DNA from: Desulfurococcaceae archaeon
GTDB taxonomy: Archaea > Thermoproteota > Thermoprotei_A > Sulfolobales > Desulfurococcaceae
Assembly (NCBI GenBank): GCA_038888155.1
Contig: JAWAJB010000002.1
Location: 128,001 to 192,000, forward strand
Direction: 5' to 3'
Length of the DNA: 64,000 bases
Position numbers and translations under genes: made by a program. Below, one piece after another: positions 50,220 to 60,195 of the stretch. Below the pieces are notes generated by a model that was given only the letters and a program-made list of their open reading frames with translations, was not told the DNA's origin and searched no databases. Numbering within the stretch: position 1 is the stretch's first letter; every line of letters starts with the position of its first letter.

Positions 50220-50324
50220 GGGGCCGTAGTCTAGCCTGGCTAGGATGCCGGCCTGGGGGGAACGCCCCCGATGCCAGGTTTCCCGGAACGCCGGTGATCC
50301 CGGGTTCAAATCCCGGCGGCCCCA
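50220..50324 (+). tRNA. tRNA-Pro (GGG) with 30-nt intron at 37/38 (50259-50288)
   Basis: GGGGCCG/CGGCCCC acceptor stem; CCGGC/GCCGG anticodon stem; BHB central helix CUGG:CCGG. Confidence 0.92.
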
Positions 50325-50379
50325 TAACAAAACATATATTTAAGACCCTTTGGAGTGGTGTTTTTGGAGGAGGATGTTT

Positions 50380-50640
50380 ATGGACAGAGAAGCGAATGAA
50401 GTAAAATTTGCAGTCAAAGTAGGCGAAAAAGAGATTTACCTCAATGAAGATGTACTCAGGACTATCCACGAGTACATAAAAACACCCATGAGCCTTGAGG
50501 ACTTGGCAAGAAGGTTAAACCTAGAGAGTTGGGAGGAAGCATACGACTTCATAAAGGCGATCCCCCTATGGGTTATATGGACCCCCCCATCGCTGTGGGG
50601 CTATAGGGCTAAATGGGTCTCGAAAGAAAAGCAGCCTTAA
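50380..50640 (+). CDS. Hypothetical protein (small, HTH-like)
   Basis: GGAGG SD; MSLEDLARRLNLESWEEAYDF. Confidence 0.7.
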   Translation: MDREANEVKFAVKVGEKEIYLNEDVLRTIHEYIKTPMSLEDLARRLNLESWEEAYDFIKAIPLWVIWTPPSLWGYRAKWVSKEKQP

Positions 50641-50784
50641 TTCATTTTCAGGACCTAACTTTCAAACTTCTATGAGCTTAATAGGTTAACTTTCGAAACT
50701 TTTACCTTGTGAAGAAAATAAATTTAACTGTTATCTTGGGCGATCAACCCTGCATATTTCGATGTACAACTTATAAATCTCTTG

Positions 50785-53700
50785 CTATCTCACTCTTGCT
50801 ATTCTACCTATTTTAGGGAAGTATATTTCGCCGCTCTTCTTGAGTTCGTCAATCACTTCCAGTACGAAATCTTTCTCGAAACCCTGTTCCTGTGCTCTTT
50901 TGTATAACTCGTTCAGCTCAATCTCGCCTCCAACTTCATCCAGTAGTTTGGATAGGAAAGAGGCAAACCTCTTCTTTTTCTCTCTGCGCGATGCTGAGAC
51001 ACCAGTTTCAAGGATGTCTATATCTATTTTTCCACTTTCAATGTCAAATCCAACCCTAGATAGAGTTGCCATTACCAACCTAATTGCTTCTTCGGCATCC
51101 TCAATTGTGGCCTTAGATTTAAGGGCTATTTTAGCGTGGGCTTCTGCGAGTCTAATCAATGCTTCTAGTTGTCTAGGTGTTATTGCTATTGCTGAGGGAC
51201 CTCCTTCGCTAGTCACCAAAGAAGCCTGTCTCAAGTTAACATAAAATTCTTCAATAAGCTTGATTGCTTCAGGTGTTAGTTGTGGCCTAATGTATCTCCT
51301 AGCATAGCTAATGTATTTTTTTAGGAGCTGGGAGTCGACAAATCCCCTTGCCTTTTCAGCCTCGGTATGTATCCCTAATATGTGCTTGGCAAGCCTTCTA
51401 TCATGATCCGCATTTGGTATATCCTGTACTATGAAAATTAAGTCAAACCTAGAAAGTATTGTTGGAGGGAGATCAATATTCCTGCTTACAGGTTGCGTTG
51501 AATCATACCTTCCATACTTTGGGTTTCCAGCGGCGAGTACAGATGTCCTAGCATTTAGCCTTGCTACTATACCTGCTTTGGCAATGCTAACAGTCTGCTG
51601 TTCGAGCGCCTCATGAATAGCACTTCTGTCTTCATCTCTCATTTTATCGATTTCATCAATACAATTGTGGACTATAATCCCTTCTGCCAAATAGTTGTGT
51701 AAACCCGGAACGTATAGATCATATACGAAGCCCTCGAACTCAATGTAACTCACATCAGTTACCCTGTCAACGTAGTAATCCCTACTAGTTACCAAAGTTA
51801 GGAGATTTAGGACCTCCTCGGGGAGAGCATGCAAGAGCTTAACTCTAAGTCTGTTCAGCCATCTTTTTGTAAGGGCTAGCTCGCCTCGAGAAGCCCTGTA
51901 TATCACTTCCCTCAGTCCGCTCTCAGTCAGCGCTTTGGGCTGAACTTTATTTATTATCTCTTTAGCCAAACCTATAGAAAGCACTTTTGGAATAGTTTCT
52001 TCTCCCAAAGGCTTGGGCTTTTTCGTTGATATTATCCGAACGTTCTTGCTAGGCGTGCTATAGGGTTTGATAATATCAACTATCTCGCTTAGGTCATGGT
52101 CTTCGCTTACTCTTAGGATTACTTTATCTTTTTTACGCATAATTTTTGAGCATATATCAAATCTCCTCAAAATTATGGATATCAACCTGGCCTGATCAAC
52201 ACTTCGTAGCTCAATATCGAGGTATGAAATTTGGTCGCCCTTGTTTGCACTATTCTTGCTAGTGACGTAGAAAAGTCCTGCAGAGTCAACTAGGCCTGCA
52301 ATGAACCCCCTTAAAGCATCGTCGGGCAATTTAAGCAGTCTTGTCCATTCTCTTTCGGCGAGGTATTCAAACAAATGAGACAATATAGAGGACTCTATAC
52401 GCAAGCCAATAAAATTGGACCTATCTCCAGGGTCTGCTTCATTATTCTCAACAACGATCGTTGGCCTCCGGCTCGTTATCTCGGTCAAGAATTTAATCGC
52501 AGCTTCACAAACTACCTTATAATCACTGGGAAGTTTGATTGAGACTTCTCCTCTCTTGCTGTCTGTTGTTGACTTAGAATTCCCCAGGAAGAGACCTAAC
52601 AGATACGCTAGCTCTGGGGTGACTTTACTGACAGAAAGTTTTTCTACCCTGTTTTCTATTAAGTAGGTTAACGTTCTCCTTCTCCAATCTTCATATTTAC
52701 CAGCATCTTTGAGAAGCCCTCGCAATAACTCAACTTCTATATAGAGTCTGCTTTCATTTTCATAGATCTTCTTATTCGAGTCTCGAGCGAGTTTATGAAC
52801 GCTACCGTAAAACTTGCTTATGACTTCATAAAGTTCTTCCTTCTCGTGGGCATCTATGATGACTAACCAGTTGTGGGGTATAACGTCAAGTATGTAGATC
52901 TCATTGTTGTGACCTAATACTTTACGCAAGGATAGTACTCTGTTTCCGGGCTTAAGTTCCTCGGCCTTTTTCCATTCGAGTGTTTCACCGTCAATTAATA
53001 GGTGCTCAGGTGTCAACAAAATTTCATTACCGCTTTCAAAGGTCAATTTAATGAGCTTTCCTTTCCATGGCTTTCTTCTGATGCAAGTTGCTGTTGTCCT
53101 CTTCGAAGATAAATCGCTGAGGTCTATGCTAACAGTTTCATTTTTTGTGTAATTAAGCTCTACCAGCTCGCCATTAGACAAAGCCTTAATTGCACTTTCA
53201 GGCCTGAATAAGTCGCCTATTTTAACCCATTCTTTATCGATAATCACGTGCGTATCTGGGTGCAGACAAGCTATTCCCCCATCGGCTAGGACGAGAGCTC
53301 CTGCTTCTAGGTAGTATTCCCCTGTTATCTTATCTCTTAGAACTGTTGCAGTTAATCCTGCTGCCGTTGAACCTTTACCACTTGTATAAAGACCCCGCGG
53401 CGCCAATCTAGAAGTGAACTGAAGCAGTTGAGATTTCGCTGTTCCTGGGTCTCCGGTTATAAGCACGTGAATGTCTCCCCTAATTCTTGTCCCATCTGGA
53501 AGGATCTTGGGTGTTCCACCGAATAGCAAAAGGGCTATCGCTTCCTTGATATCCCAATATCCATATATCCCTGGGGCAATGCTTGAAATTATTTTCTCTC
53601 TAATCCATGGATCCCTGGCAAGTTCTCTAATTTTCTCTTCGTCCTCACGAGTAATAGTTATTTCTTCAAGCACTTTTTCTTGCACATCTATGTGGTTTAC

Positions 53701-54492
53701 ATCAATATAGAAGGAGAAGATCGTTCCTGACCCCCTCCTCTCTGGAAGACCCGTTAACGCCAGAACCCGCAAAATTCCCGACACAATCACTCGATCTCCA
53801 GGCCTTACCGAGTCTACAATATCGCCTGTTAAAATCGTTTCAATGGACCTTGGAATTTGTCCGCCAGGAACCTCTTCGGGTCTTTCCTGCACGACTATTT
53901 TTTGCCAGTCAATAAAGTCGCTCTTTTCTACAACAAGTTCAAATTTACCGGGTTTATGGCATATCGGGCAATAGGGAGGTCTTTCAACTCTCTCTCCAAT
54001 ATAGCCCTCAGGAGGATAGTCGAACTCGTGCTCTCCGCTTTCTGTGAAGTGTCTGTACTTAGCTCTTAAAAGTTTGGCATCAACCCTAGTTACCCTAGTA
54101 ACTATGCCCTCAACTGAGACCAATTTTCCTATGTGATCACTGTTTAACTCTCTGATCTTCATCAATAAGGGCGGGTTTCTAATTCTTACATAAAACTTTT
54201 TAACTAATTTCGCGAACTCGGGATTTTCCCTTAATATAATCTCCAGTAAAGCTTGGTTAAAACTTTCAAGAACCACTGATGGGTTTTCAACGACTCTATC
54301 TGCAAGTGAGGGGTCATATAGAATTAGGTCAACGAAGTCTACAACTAAGCTTTTCTGGCCCATTTTAATTAATTGCCACAATCTCTCGTAATACTTAGGA
54401 ATTCCCTCCTTTGACTTAAATGTTTCTATGAAGTTCTTAAATGAAGTTATGTAATCAAACGGAGGAGCTTCAACGGGCGGGACTTCAGCTAT
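50785..54492 (-). CDS. mcm: Replicative helicase MCM with intein; probable ATA start
   Basis: GDPGTAKSQ, CIDEIDKM, ILSRFDL; MCM-like N-terminal helix continues in frame upstream of 54381 to ATA at 54492. Confidence 0.93.
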   Translation of the reverse strand: MAEVPPVEAPPFDYITSFKNFIETFKSKEGIPKYYERLWQLIKMGQKSLVVDFVDLILYDPSLADRVVENPSVVLESFNQALLEIILRENPEFAKLVKKFYVRIRNPPLLMKIRELNSDHIGKLVSVEGIVTRVTRVDAKLLRAKYRHFTESGEHEFDYPPEGYIGERVERPPYCPICHKPGKFELVVEKSDFIDWQKIVVQERPEEVPGGQIPRSIETILTGDIVDSVRPGDRVIVSGILRVLALTGLPERRGSGTIFSFYIDVNHIDVQEKVLEEITITREDEEKIRELARDPWIREKIISSIAPGIYGYWDIKEAIALLLFGGTPKILPDGTRIRGDIHVLITGDPGTAKSQLLQFTSRLAPRGLYTSGKGSTAAGLTATVLRDKITGEYYLEAGALVLADGGIACLHPDTHVIIDKEWVKIGDLFRPESAIKALSNGELVELNYTKNETVSIDLSDLSSKRTTATCIRRKPWKGKLIKLTFESGNEILLTPEHLLIDGETLEWKKAEELKPGNRVLSLRKVLGHNNEIYILDVIPHNWLVIIDAHEKEELYEVISKFYGSVHKLARDSNKKIYENESRLYIEVELLRGLLKDAGKYEDWRRRTLTYLIENRVEKLSVSKVTPELAYLLGLFLGNSKSTTDSKRGEVSIKLPSDYKVVCEAAIKFLTEITSRRPTIVVENNEADPGDRSNFIGLRIESSILSHLFEYLAEREWTRLLKLPDDALRGFIAGLVDSAGLFYVTSKNSANKGDQISYLDIELRSVDQARLISIILRRFDICSKIMRKKDKVILRVSEDHDLSEIVDIIKPYSTPSKNVRIISTKKPKPLGEETIPKVLSIGLAKEIINKVQPKALTESGLREVIYRASRGELALTKRWLNRLRVKLLHALPEEVLNLLTLVTSRDYYVDRVTDVSYIEFEGFVYDLYVPGLHNYLAEGIIVHNCIDEIDKMRDEDRSAIHEALEQQTVSIAKAGIVARLNARTSVLAAGNPKYGRYDSTQPVSRNIDLPPTILSRFDLIFIVQDIPNADHDRRLAKHILGIHTEAEKARGFVDSQLLKKYISYARRYIRPQLTPEAIKLIEEFYVNLRQASLVTSEGGPSAIAITPRQLEALIRLAEAHAKIALKSKATIEDAEEAIRLVMATLSRVGFDIESGKIDIDILETGVSASRREKKKRFASFLSKLLDEVGGEIELNELYKRAQEQGFEKDFVLEVIDELKKSGEIYFPKIGRIARVR
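51664..53268 (-). mobile_element. 535-aa intein with degenerate LAGLIDADG endonuclease, inserted at the MCM Walker B motif
   Basis: GGIA|CLHPDT...VYDLYVPGLHNYLAEGIIVHN|CIDEIDK. Confidence 0.93.
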
Positions 54493-55111
54493 GTCTGCTC
54501 ACCTCGAAGATCTTACTATTAAAGATCTCTAGGATAGACCTTACAATAGCATATAAGTACTTCTCTTCTTCGCTTAAATTAGATAGTACCTCAGGGCTAA
54601 TATCCTGGACGCTAACCAAACTGAGGATCTTGCTGAGTCGCACCCTGTAGAGATTTCTAGTGGCTGTAACAAGACTAGTGATCGATTGGGCTATTTCGTG
54701 AGCCTTTTCAAGGTCATCAACGCTCTTATATTTTTTCATGATATAGGCTACCTGTGATCTGATTTTGCTAAAGAAATAGCCACCAAGCTTCTCGAACTTG
54801 ATTTGCCCCCTGCTTCTGCTCTCGTTAAAAGAAATCCTTGTCACTGAAATGTAGTCTATTTCTTCGCTGGAAAGTCTTGCCATCTCTTTTTCTTGGAGTA
54901 TTTGAGCGATCCAGCGAGGTAAAGTGTATTCCGAGCCTCGAAAGAGCTCGACATAGTCGTCTTCTATGAATACTTTAGCCGGCTTGCCTACATAAGCCAC
55001 TTTTACTTCCTCTTCTTCGAAATCTCTATTCACATAATTTACAACGAGTTGGCCCAGGAGCTCTATCAGCCCATTCAAGACAACATCCTCCACGCTTCTT
55101 AATCGGTTCAC
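54485..55111 (-). CDS. GINS complex subunit (Gins23)
   Basis: LPRWIA, RLSKIL, LSEEEK; directly upstream of mcm; start uncertain. Confidence 0.85.
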   Translation of the reverse strand: MNRLRSVEDVVLNGLIELLGQLVVNYVNRDFEEEEVKVAYVGKPAKVFIEDDYVELFRGSEYTLPRWIAQILQEKEMARLSSEEIDYISVTRISFNESRSRGQIKFEKLGGYFFSKIRSQVAYIMKKYKSVDDLEKAHEIAQSITSLVTATRNLYRVRLSKILSLVSVQDISPEVLSNLSEEEKYLYAIVRSILEIFNSKIFEVSRHS

Positions 55112-55148
55112 CCCTTTATTACCTACATTGAAAGTATAGTTTTAAGGA

Positions 55149-56138
55149 ATGTGTTTAGAGGTGTTTGCACTGAGTGAACTCCTTTGGATAGAGAAATACA
55201 GGCCCCGCTCATTAAGCGACGTTGTGAACCAAAAGGAAATTGTGGAGAGGCTTAAAAAGTTCATTATAGAAAGAAATATACCTCACTTATTGTTTACAGG
55301 CCCCCCTGGCACAGGTAAAACCACTGTGGCCCACGCATTAAGCCACGACTTCTTTGGCGATAACTACAGGCAGTACATGCTGGAACTAAATGCCTCTGAC
55401 GAGAGAAAAATTGAGGTTATTAGAACCAAGGTAAAGGAATTTGCAAGATCGAAAGTTGTTGGAGAAATACCATTCAAGGTAATTTTACTTGATGAGGCAG
55501 ACAATATGACTGCTGATGCTCAGCAGGCATTAAGGAGGTTAATGGAGTTATACTCTGCGAGCACGAGGTTTATACTAACTGCAAACTACCCTAGCAAAAT
55601 TATTGAGCCTATACAGAGTAGGTGCGCTGTTTTTAGATTCGCGGCGCTGAAGAAAGAAGACTTGGTTCAGAGACTTATAGATATTTGCATTAAGGAGAAA
55701 GTCAAGTTCAACGAGAAAGCCCTCGAAACAATATACGAGATTTCAGAGGGAGATATGAGGAAAGCTATAAATACCCTTCAGGCCGCTGCAGCTATTGGCG
55801 AGGTAACTGAGGAGTCAGTTTACAAAGTAGTAGGCCTGGCTCATCCTAAAGAAGTACGAGAAATGTTACAGTTATCCCTAGGGGGCAACTTTATAGAGGC
55901 AAGGAAAAAGCTAAGGGACTTAATGGTTACTTATGGATTGAGCGGCGTAGACATAATTAAACAAATTCATAGAGAAATCTTTAGCGGCGAGATTAAAATA
56001 CCTGATGACCTTAAAGTAATGATCTCAGATTACGCAGGCGAAATACAGTTTAGATTAGTGGAAGGTGCTGATGACGAAATTCAATTAAATGCGTTTCTTG
56101 CCCGCCTAGCCCTAATCGGCAAAAAAATCAAGGTGTAG
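55149..56138 (+). CDS. rfcS: Replication factor C small subunit
   Basis: WIEKYRP, GPPGTGKT, LNASDER, DEAD, SRC. Confidence 0.95.
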   Translation: MCLEVFALSELLWIEKYRPRSLSDVVNQKEIVERLKKFIIERNIPHLLFTGPPGTGKTTVAHALSHDFFGDNYRQYMLELNASDERKIEVIRTKVKEFARSKVVGEIPFKVILLDEADNMTADAQQALRRLMELYSASTRFILTANYPSKIIEPIQSRCAVFRFAALKKEDLVQRLIDICIKEKVKFNEKALETIYEISEGDMRKAINTLQAAAAIGEVTEESVYKVVGLAHPKEVREMLQLSLGGNFIEARKKLRDLMVTYGLSGVDIIKQIHREIFSGEIKIPDDLKVMISDYAGEIQFRLVEGADDEIQLNAFLARLALIGKKIKV

Positions 56139-56141
56139 CGT

Positions 56142-57416
56142 TTGAGTTCAACCAATGTGCCGTGGATCATAAAGTACAGACCTAAGCACATAGACGAGGT
56201 GGTGGATCAAGATAATGCTAAGGAGAAAGTATTAGAGTGGCTAAACCTCTGGGGACAGGGCGTCCCCAAGAATAGGGCTCTCATTTTGTATGGACCTCCT
56301 GGGTGCGGAAAGACAAGCCTGGTTGAAGCCATTTCAAAGACATATGGATATGAATTGTTTGAAATGAATGCTAGCGATAACAGGAGGAGAGGCGACATAG
56401 AGAGATTGGCAAAAATGGCATCTCAAACAAGTGGGTTGAGTGGGAAAAAAAGATTGATCTTGCTGGATGAAGTTGATGGTTTAGACCCAAGGGCAGATGC
56501 GGGGGGCATCGAGGCCCTTTGGGATGTTATCAGGAACACTAGAAACCCCGTAATAATGACTGCTAATAATCCGTATAGAGAACACTTAAGGCCCTTACGG
56601 GAGGTTTCTGAAATAGTTGCCATGGATAGACTCAAAGAAAAGCACGTTTTATTGATCCTCAATAAAATATGCACAGCCGAGAATCTTAAATGCGATAAAG
56701 AGGCGCTGGATGAGATAGCTAGGAGAAGCGAGGGCGATATAAGAAGCGCTATAAATGACCTCGAAGCTGTGTCCGCTCTCAACAAGCTGGTGACCTTAGA
56801 TACTGTCAAGGCAATTACCACGTATAGGGATAGAATTTACGCTCCTTGGGATGCCCTTAGGAAGCTTTTTACCGCGAAGTACTTATTTCAAGCAAAAAAT
56901 GCAATCACCTCATCCGATCTATCACCCGATGAGATCATTACATGGGTAAATGAACACATTCCATCATACTACGAGTCGGATATCGAGGTTTGGAGGGCCT
57001 ACGAGGCATTAAGCAGGGCTGATGTATACCTGGGTAGGATAATTAAAACGCAAAACTGGGATCTGCTCTCCTTTGTTACGGATCTAATGGGACCTGGAGT
57101 AGCTTTTGCTAGGACAACTTACAAGTATAGGTGGGTAGCTTTCAAAATGCCAGAGAGAATAAGGCTCTTGATAGAGACTAAAAAATCAAGGGAACTCAGG
57201 GAGACAATAGCTACATATTTAGCTAGTAGATTGCAAATGAGCAGAGCAAGCTTTAAAAGCGAAGTATTGCCCTACTTAAGAGTAATATTCACTTCTAATC
57301 CAAGGTATGCCGCCCGAATTGCTAGATCTTACGGCTTACCAGAAGAGCTCGTTACATGGATATCTGGACCTAAAGCGCGTGAAGTGATAAGCTACATGAA
57401 AAAGCACGAAAGCTAG
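56142..57416 (+). CDS. rfcL: Replication factor C large subunit
   Basis: WIIKYRP, GPPGCGKT, NASD, DEVDG. Confidence 0.93.
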   Translation: MSSTNVPWIIKYRPKHIDEVVDQDNAKEKVLEWLNLWGQGVPKNRALILYGPPGCGKTSLVEAISKTYGYELFEMNASDNRRRGDIERLAKMASQTSGLSGKKRLILLDEVDGLDPRADAGGIEALWDVIRNTRNPVIMTANNPYREHLRPLREVSEIVAMDRLKEKHVLLILNKICTAENLKCDKEALDEIARRSEGDIRSAINDLEAVSALNKLVTLDTVKAITTYRDRIYAPWDALRKLFTAKYLFQAKNAITSSDLSPDEIITWVNEHIPSYYESDIEVWRAYEALSRADVYLGRIIKTQNWDLLSFVTDLMGPGVAFARTTYKYRWVAFKMPERIRLLIETKKSRELRETIATYLASRLQMSRASFKSEVLPYLRVIFTSNPRYAARIARSYGLPEELVTWISGPKAREVISYMKKHES

Positions 57417-57462
57417 CAATCCACTTGAACACTGTTCATAGCTGAGAAATTTGAAATTTGTC

Positions 57463-58920
57463 CTATCGGCTTAGGGAATACCCCCTTAATCCTCCTTTAA
57501 GACTGTAGGCCATTACTCCATTTTCCCTAAACATTTTGGCTAACAAATAGCTAATGCTACCGGTCTCGCATACGACAATTACTATCTTGTCCCTAGGAAG
57601 CTCCGGAGGGCTCACCTTGCTTATTGGTATGGCATTTGCTGGCAGTTTTCCTATCTCCGGTCTTGATCTTGCATCTATTACAATCGCATCTTCTGGGATA
57701 AAATCTATTTCGATATCATTGGTTAATATTATATCCTCTGGTCTAGCTTTACTTACATAGAATATTTTAGCTGAAGACGCTGCACTTTCTATAACGGAAT
57801 GATCTATTTTACTTAATTGTTCAACTATCTCGTTCGGCGTCGTAGAGGTTACTACTCTTTGAGGTGCAATAGCACAGGACTCTGTTACCTTTGACGATAA
57901 GTCAAATAAGCCAAGAACCCTTGATACTTTAATTATCTCCTCTTTATCAAGGCTGATAAGTGGCCTGAATATAGGTAAGGAGGGCTTAATGGCCGCCTCT
58001 ATTGAAGAGATGTTTTTAAGAGTTTGACTCGATGCTTGCCCAATGGACTCGCCGGTAACAATACCATCGTAGTTCATTTTATTAGCTAGCTTAAAGGATA
58101 TAATGTACATTAACGCTCTTAAGATCACCTGTCTATAGGCCCACTCTACTTTTTTGGATATCTCCATGATGACGTTCGTAAAATCTACAACAATGAACTT
58201 TGATCCGTATCCATGAAGCCACTCTTGGGCAAGTTTTCGAGCTACCATAAAAGAGTAATACGATGCTTGAGAAGACCCCATCATATAATGAAGGAAATCT
58301 ACTTGAATCCCCCTCTTGGCCATAAGCCATGCAGCAACGGGGGAATCAAACCCACCAGAAAACAGAACAAGGGCCTTCCCCTCTACGCCTAATGGAAGAC
58401 CGCCTGGACCACTTAGAGACTCTTTGTACAGAAAAGCAGTATCTCCGTGAACCTCAACCTCTAACTCTATCTCTGGGTTATCCAAGTCAACCCCACTAGA
58501 TAGTGGTTTCAGAAGAGCTCCGGCCTCCCTTGCAACGTCAACTGATCTAAATGAATGTACTCCGCTTCTTTTAACTCTAATAGCGAACTTTTTATCCTTG
58601 ACTATGTCCTTTGTGTTCTCAAAGATCCACATTGAAAGATCTCGCAGGTCTTTGAATTGGTAATCTATTACTCTCGCAACCCTATGAACGCCAAACACTC
58701 TTGATATGTTAAGCAATGCCTCCTTATCCGTCACAATAAGTATTTTTGCGTTGATAATTTTATTCTCAAGTACGTTTGCACCCCCTCTCCTCACAGCATC
58801 GCCAATATTTTCAAGTAGAACCCTGTAGAATTTAGGCCTTGTTCTACTTGTTCTAAGAGGTATTTCCCCACTAACAGTAATCAAGTACACCGGCAAATCA
58901 GTCACGCCACAACTTAGCAT
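57463..58920 (-). CDS. thiI: tRNA 4-thiouridine synthase with THUMP and C-terminal rhodanese domain
   Basis: PGGLPLG, SGGFDS PP-loop, GESIGQASSQT, VVCETG rhodanese Cys. Confidence 0.92.
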   Translation of the reverse strand: MLSCGVTDLPVYLITVSGEIPLRTSRTRPKFYRVLLENIGDAVRRGGANVLENKIINAKILIVTDKEALLNISRVFGVHRVARVIDYQFKDLRDLSMWIFENTKDIVKDKKFAIRVKRSGVHSFRSVDVAREAGALLKPLSSGVDLDNPEIELEVEVHGDTAFLYKESLSGPGGLPLGVEGKALVLFSGGFDSPVAAWLMAKRGIQVDFLHYMMGSSQASYYSFMVARKLAQEWLHGYGSKFIVVDFTNVIMEISKKVEWAYRQVILRALMYIISFKLANKMNYDGIVTGESIGQASSQTLKNISSIEAAIKPSLPIFRPLISLDKEEIIKVSRVLGLFDLSSKVTESCAIAPQRVVTSTTPNEIVEQLSKIDHSVIESAASSAKIFYVSKARPEDIILTNDIEIDFIPEDAIVIDARSRPEIGKLPANAIPISKVSPPELPRDKIVIVVCETGSISYLLAKMFRENGVMAYSLKGGLRGYSLSR

Positions 58921-59181
58921 TAATATAGATGAAATTCAGGTTAATTAGTGCAAATATCCGTCACATGCTTGTGTTAAGTGAAGCGATTGAGGCTGACCTC
59001 GATTAAGTTAAGTTTATATAGCAAATAGGTCAAGGCCCAGAAATACCCCGATTAGATCAATTGAAGTCAATATTTTCTTCATTCATTAAAAAGACAACTA
59101 ATATAAGCGTGGTAGACATCATTAACATGTATTGAGTACGTAAAATAAAAATTCACTAAAATGCATAAGTGGGTGTTGAGC

Positions 59182-60195
59182 GTGTTAACATTATTAGTGG
59201 GTGGCTTTTTCGGCGATGAAGGAAAAGGAAAGATAGCCGCATATATATCGCTCGCAAAGAACTATAGATATGCAGTTAGAACTGGTTCAATAAACGCCGG
59301 TCACACTGTCGTATATAAGAACAAAAATTACAAGCTTAGGTCAATACCCGCAGCCTTTATCAACCCTGAGGCCAAGTTGCTTATACCCCCAGGAGCACTA
59401 ATTAAACTGGATGTATTCTTTAAGGAGGTCGAATCGCTGGGCGTTGAAAAGAGAGTAATCGTCGATTACAAGACAGGCATCATCGAGGAAAATCACGTTG
59501 AAAGAGAAAAGTCAGATGCAGTATTATCGCACATAGGGTCAACTTTTCAGGGTGTTGGCTCAGCTACCTCAGATAGGGTTTTAAGGAGGTTAAAACTTGC
59601 CGCAGACTTCAAGGAGCTTCAGAGTTACTTATGCGATGTACCTACCACTTTAAATAATGCATTAGAAAATAACGAAAAAGTAATTATAGAGGGAACACAA
59701 GGAACATTTCTCTCTCTATACCATGGAACCTATCCATATGTCACAAGCAGGGACACCACTGCTGCAGGACTACTCTCTGAGGTAGGGTTAGGCCCCAAGA
59801 AAGTTGACGAGATCGTAATGGTTTTTAAGGCTTATGTTACGCGAGTAGGGGAAGGTCCATTACCCGGAGAACTAAGCCAAGAGGAGATAATAAAGCTTGG
59901 TTGGATAGAGCGAGGAACAGTAACAGGAAGGCTGAGGAGAGTAGCCCCATTTAACTACGATCTTGCCTTGAGGGCGATAAGATTGAACTCTGCAACTCAG
60001 ATAGCTATTACTAAACTTGATTCGATATTTCCTGAGGTTCGGGGCATTAGAACATGGGACAAGTTACCCAGTACTGCTAAGAGATGGATTGACAATATAG
60101 AATCACAGCTGAAACTACCTGTAACCCTTATCGGCACTGGCGAAGAGGTAGAAGATATTGTAGATAGAACGCTGGAGTTGGGTGTCGAGCTATGA
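59182..60195 (+). CDS. purA: Adenylosuccinate synthetase (short archaeal type)
   Basis: GDEGKGK, NAGHT, EGTQG, YPYVTS, GTVTGRLR. Confidence 0.95.
   Translation: MLTLLVGGFFGDEGKGKIAAYISLAKNYRYAVRTGSINAGHTVVYKNKNYKLRSIPAAFINPEAKLLIPPGALIKLDVFFKEVESLGVEKRVIVDYKTGIIEENHVEREKSDAVLSHIGSTFQGVGSATSDRVLRRLKLAADFKELQSYLCDVPTTLNNALENNEKVIIEGTQGTFLSLYHGTYPYVTSRDTTAAGLLSEVGLGPKKVDEIVMVFKAYVTRVGEGPLPGELSQEEIIKLGWIERGTVTGRLRRVAPFNYDLALRAIRLNSATQIAITKLDSIFPEVRGIRTWDKLPSTAKRWIDNIESQLKLPVTLIGTGEEVEDIVDRTLELGVEL

Noticed and set aside
50188-50469. 93-aa antisense ORF (MGPPGFEPG...)
   Set aside because: Translation of the reverse complement of tRNA-Pro
50656-50701. Imperfect direct repeat TAACTTTC(G)AAACTT downstream of mcm
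   Set aside because: Two short AT-rich copies between convergent genes; no ORB features, likely chance or terminator region
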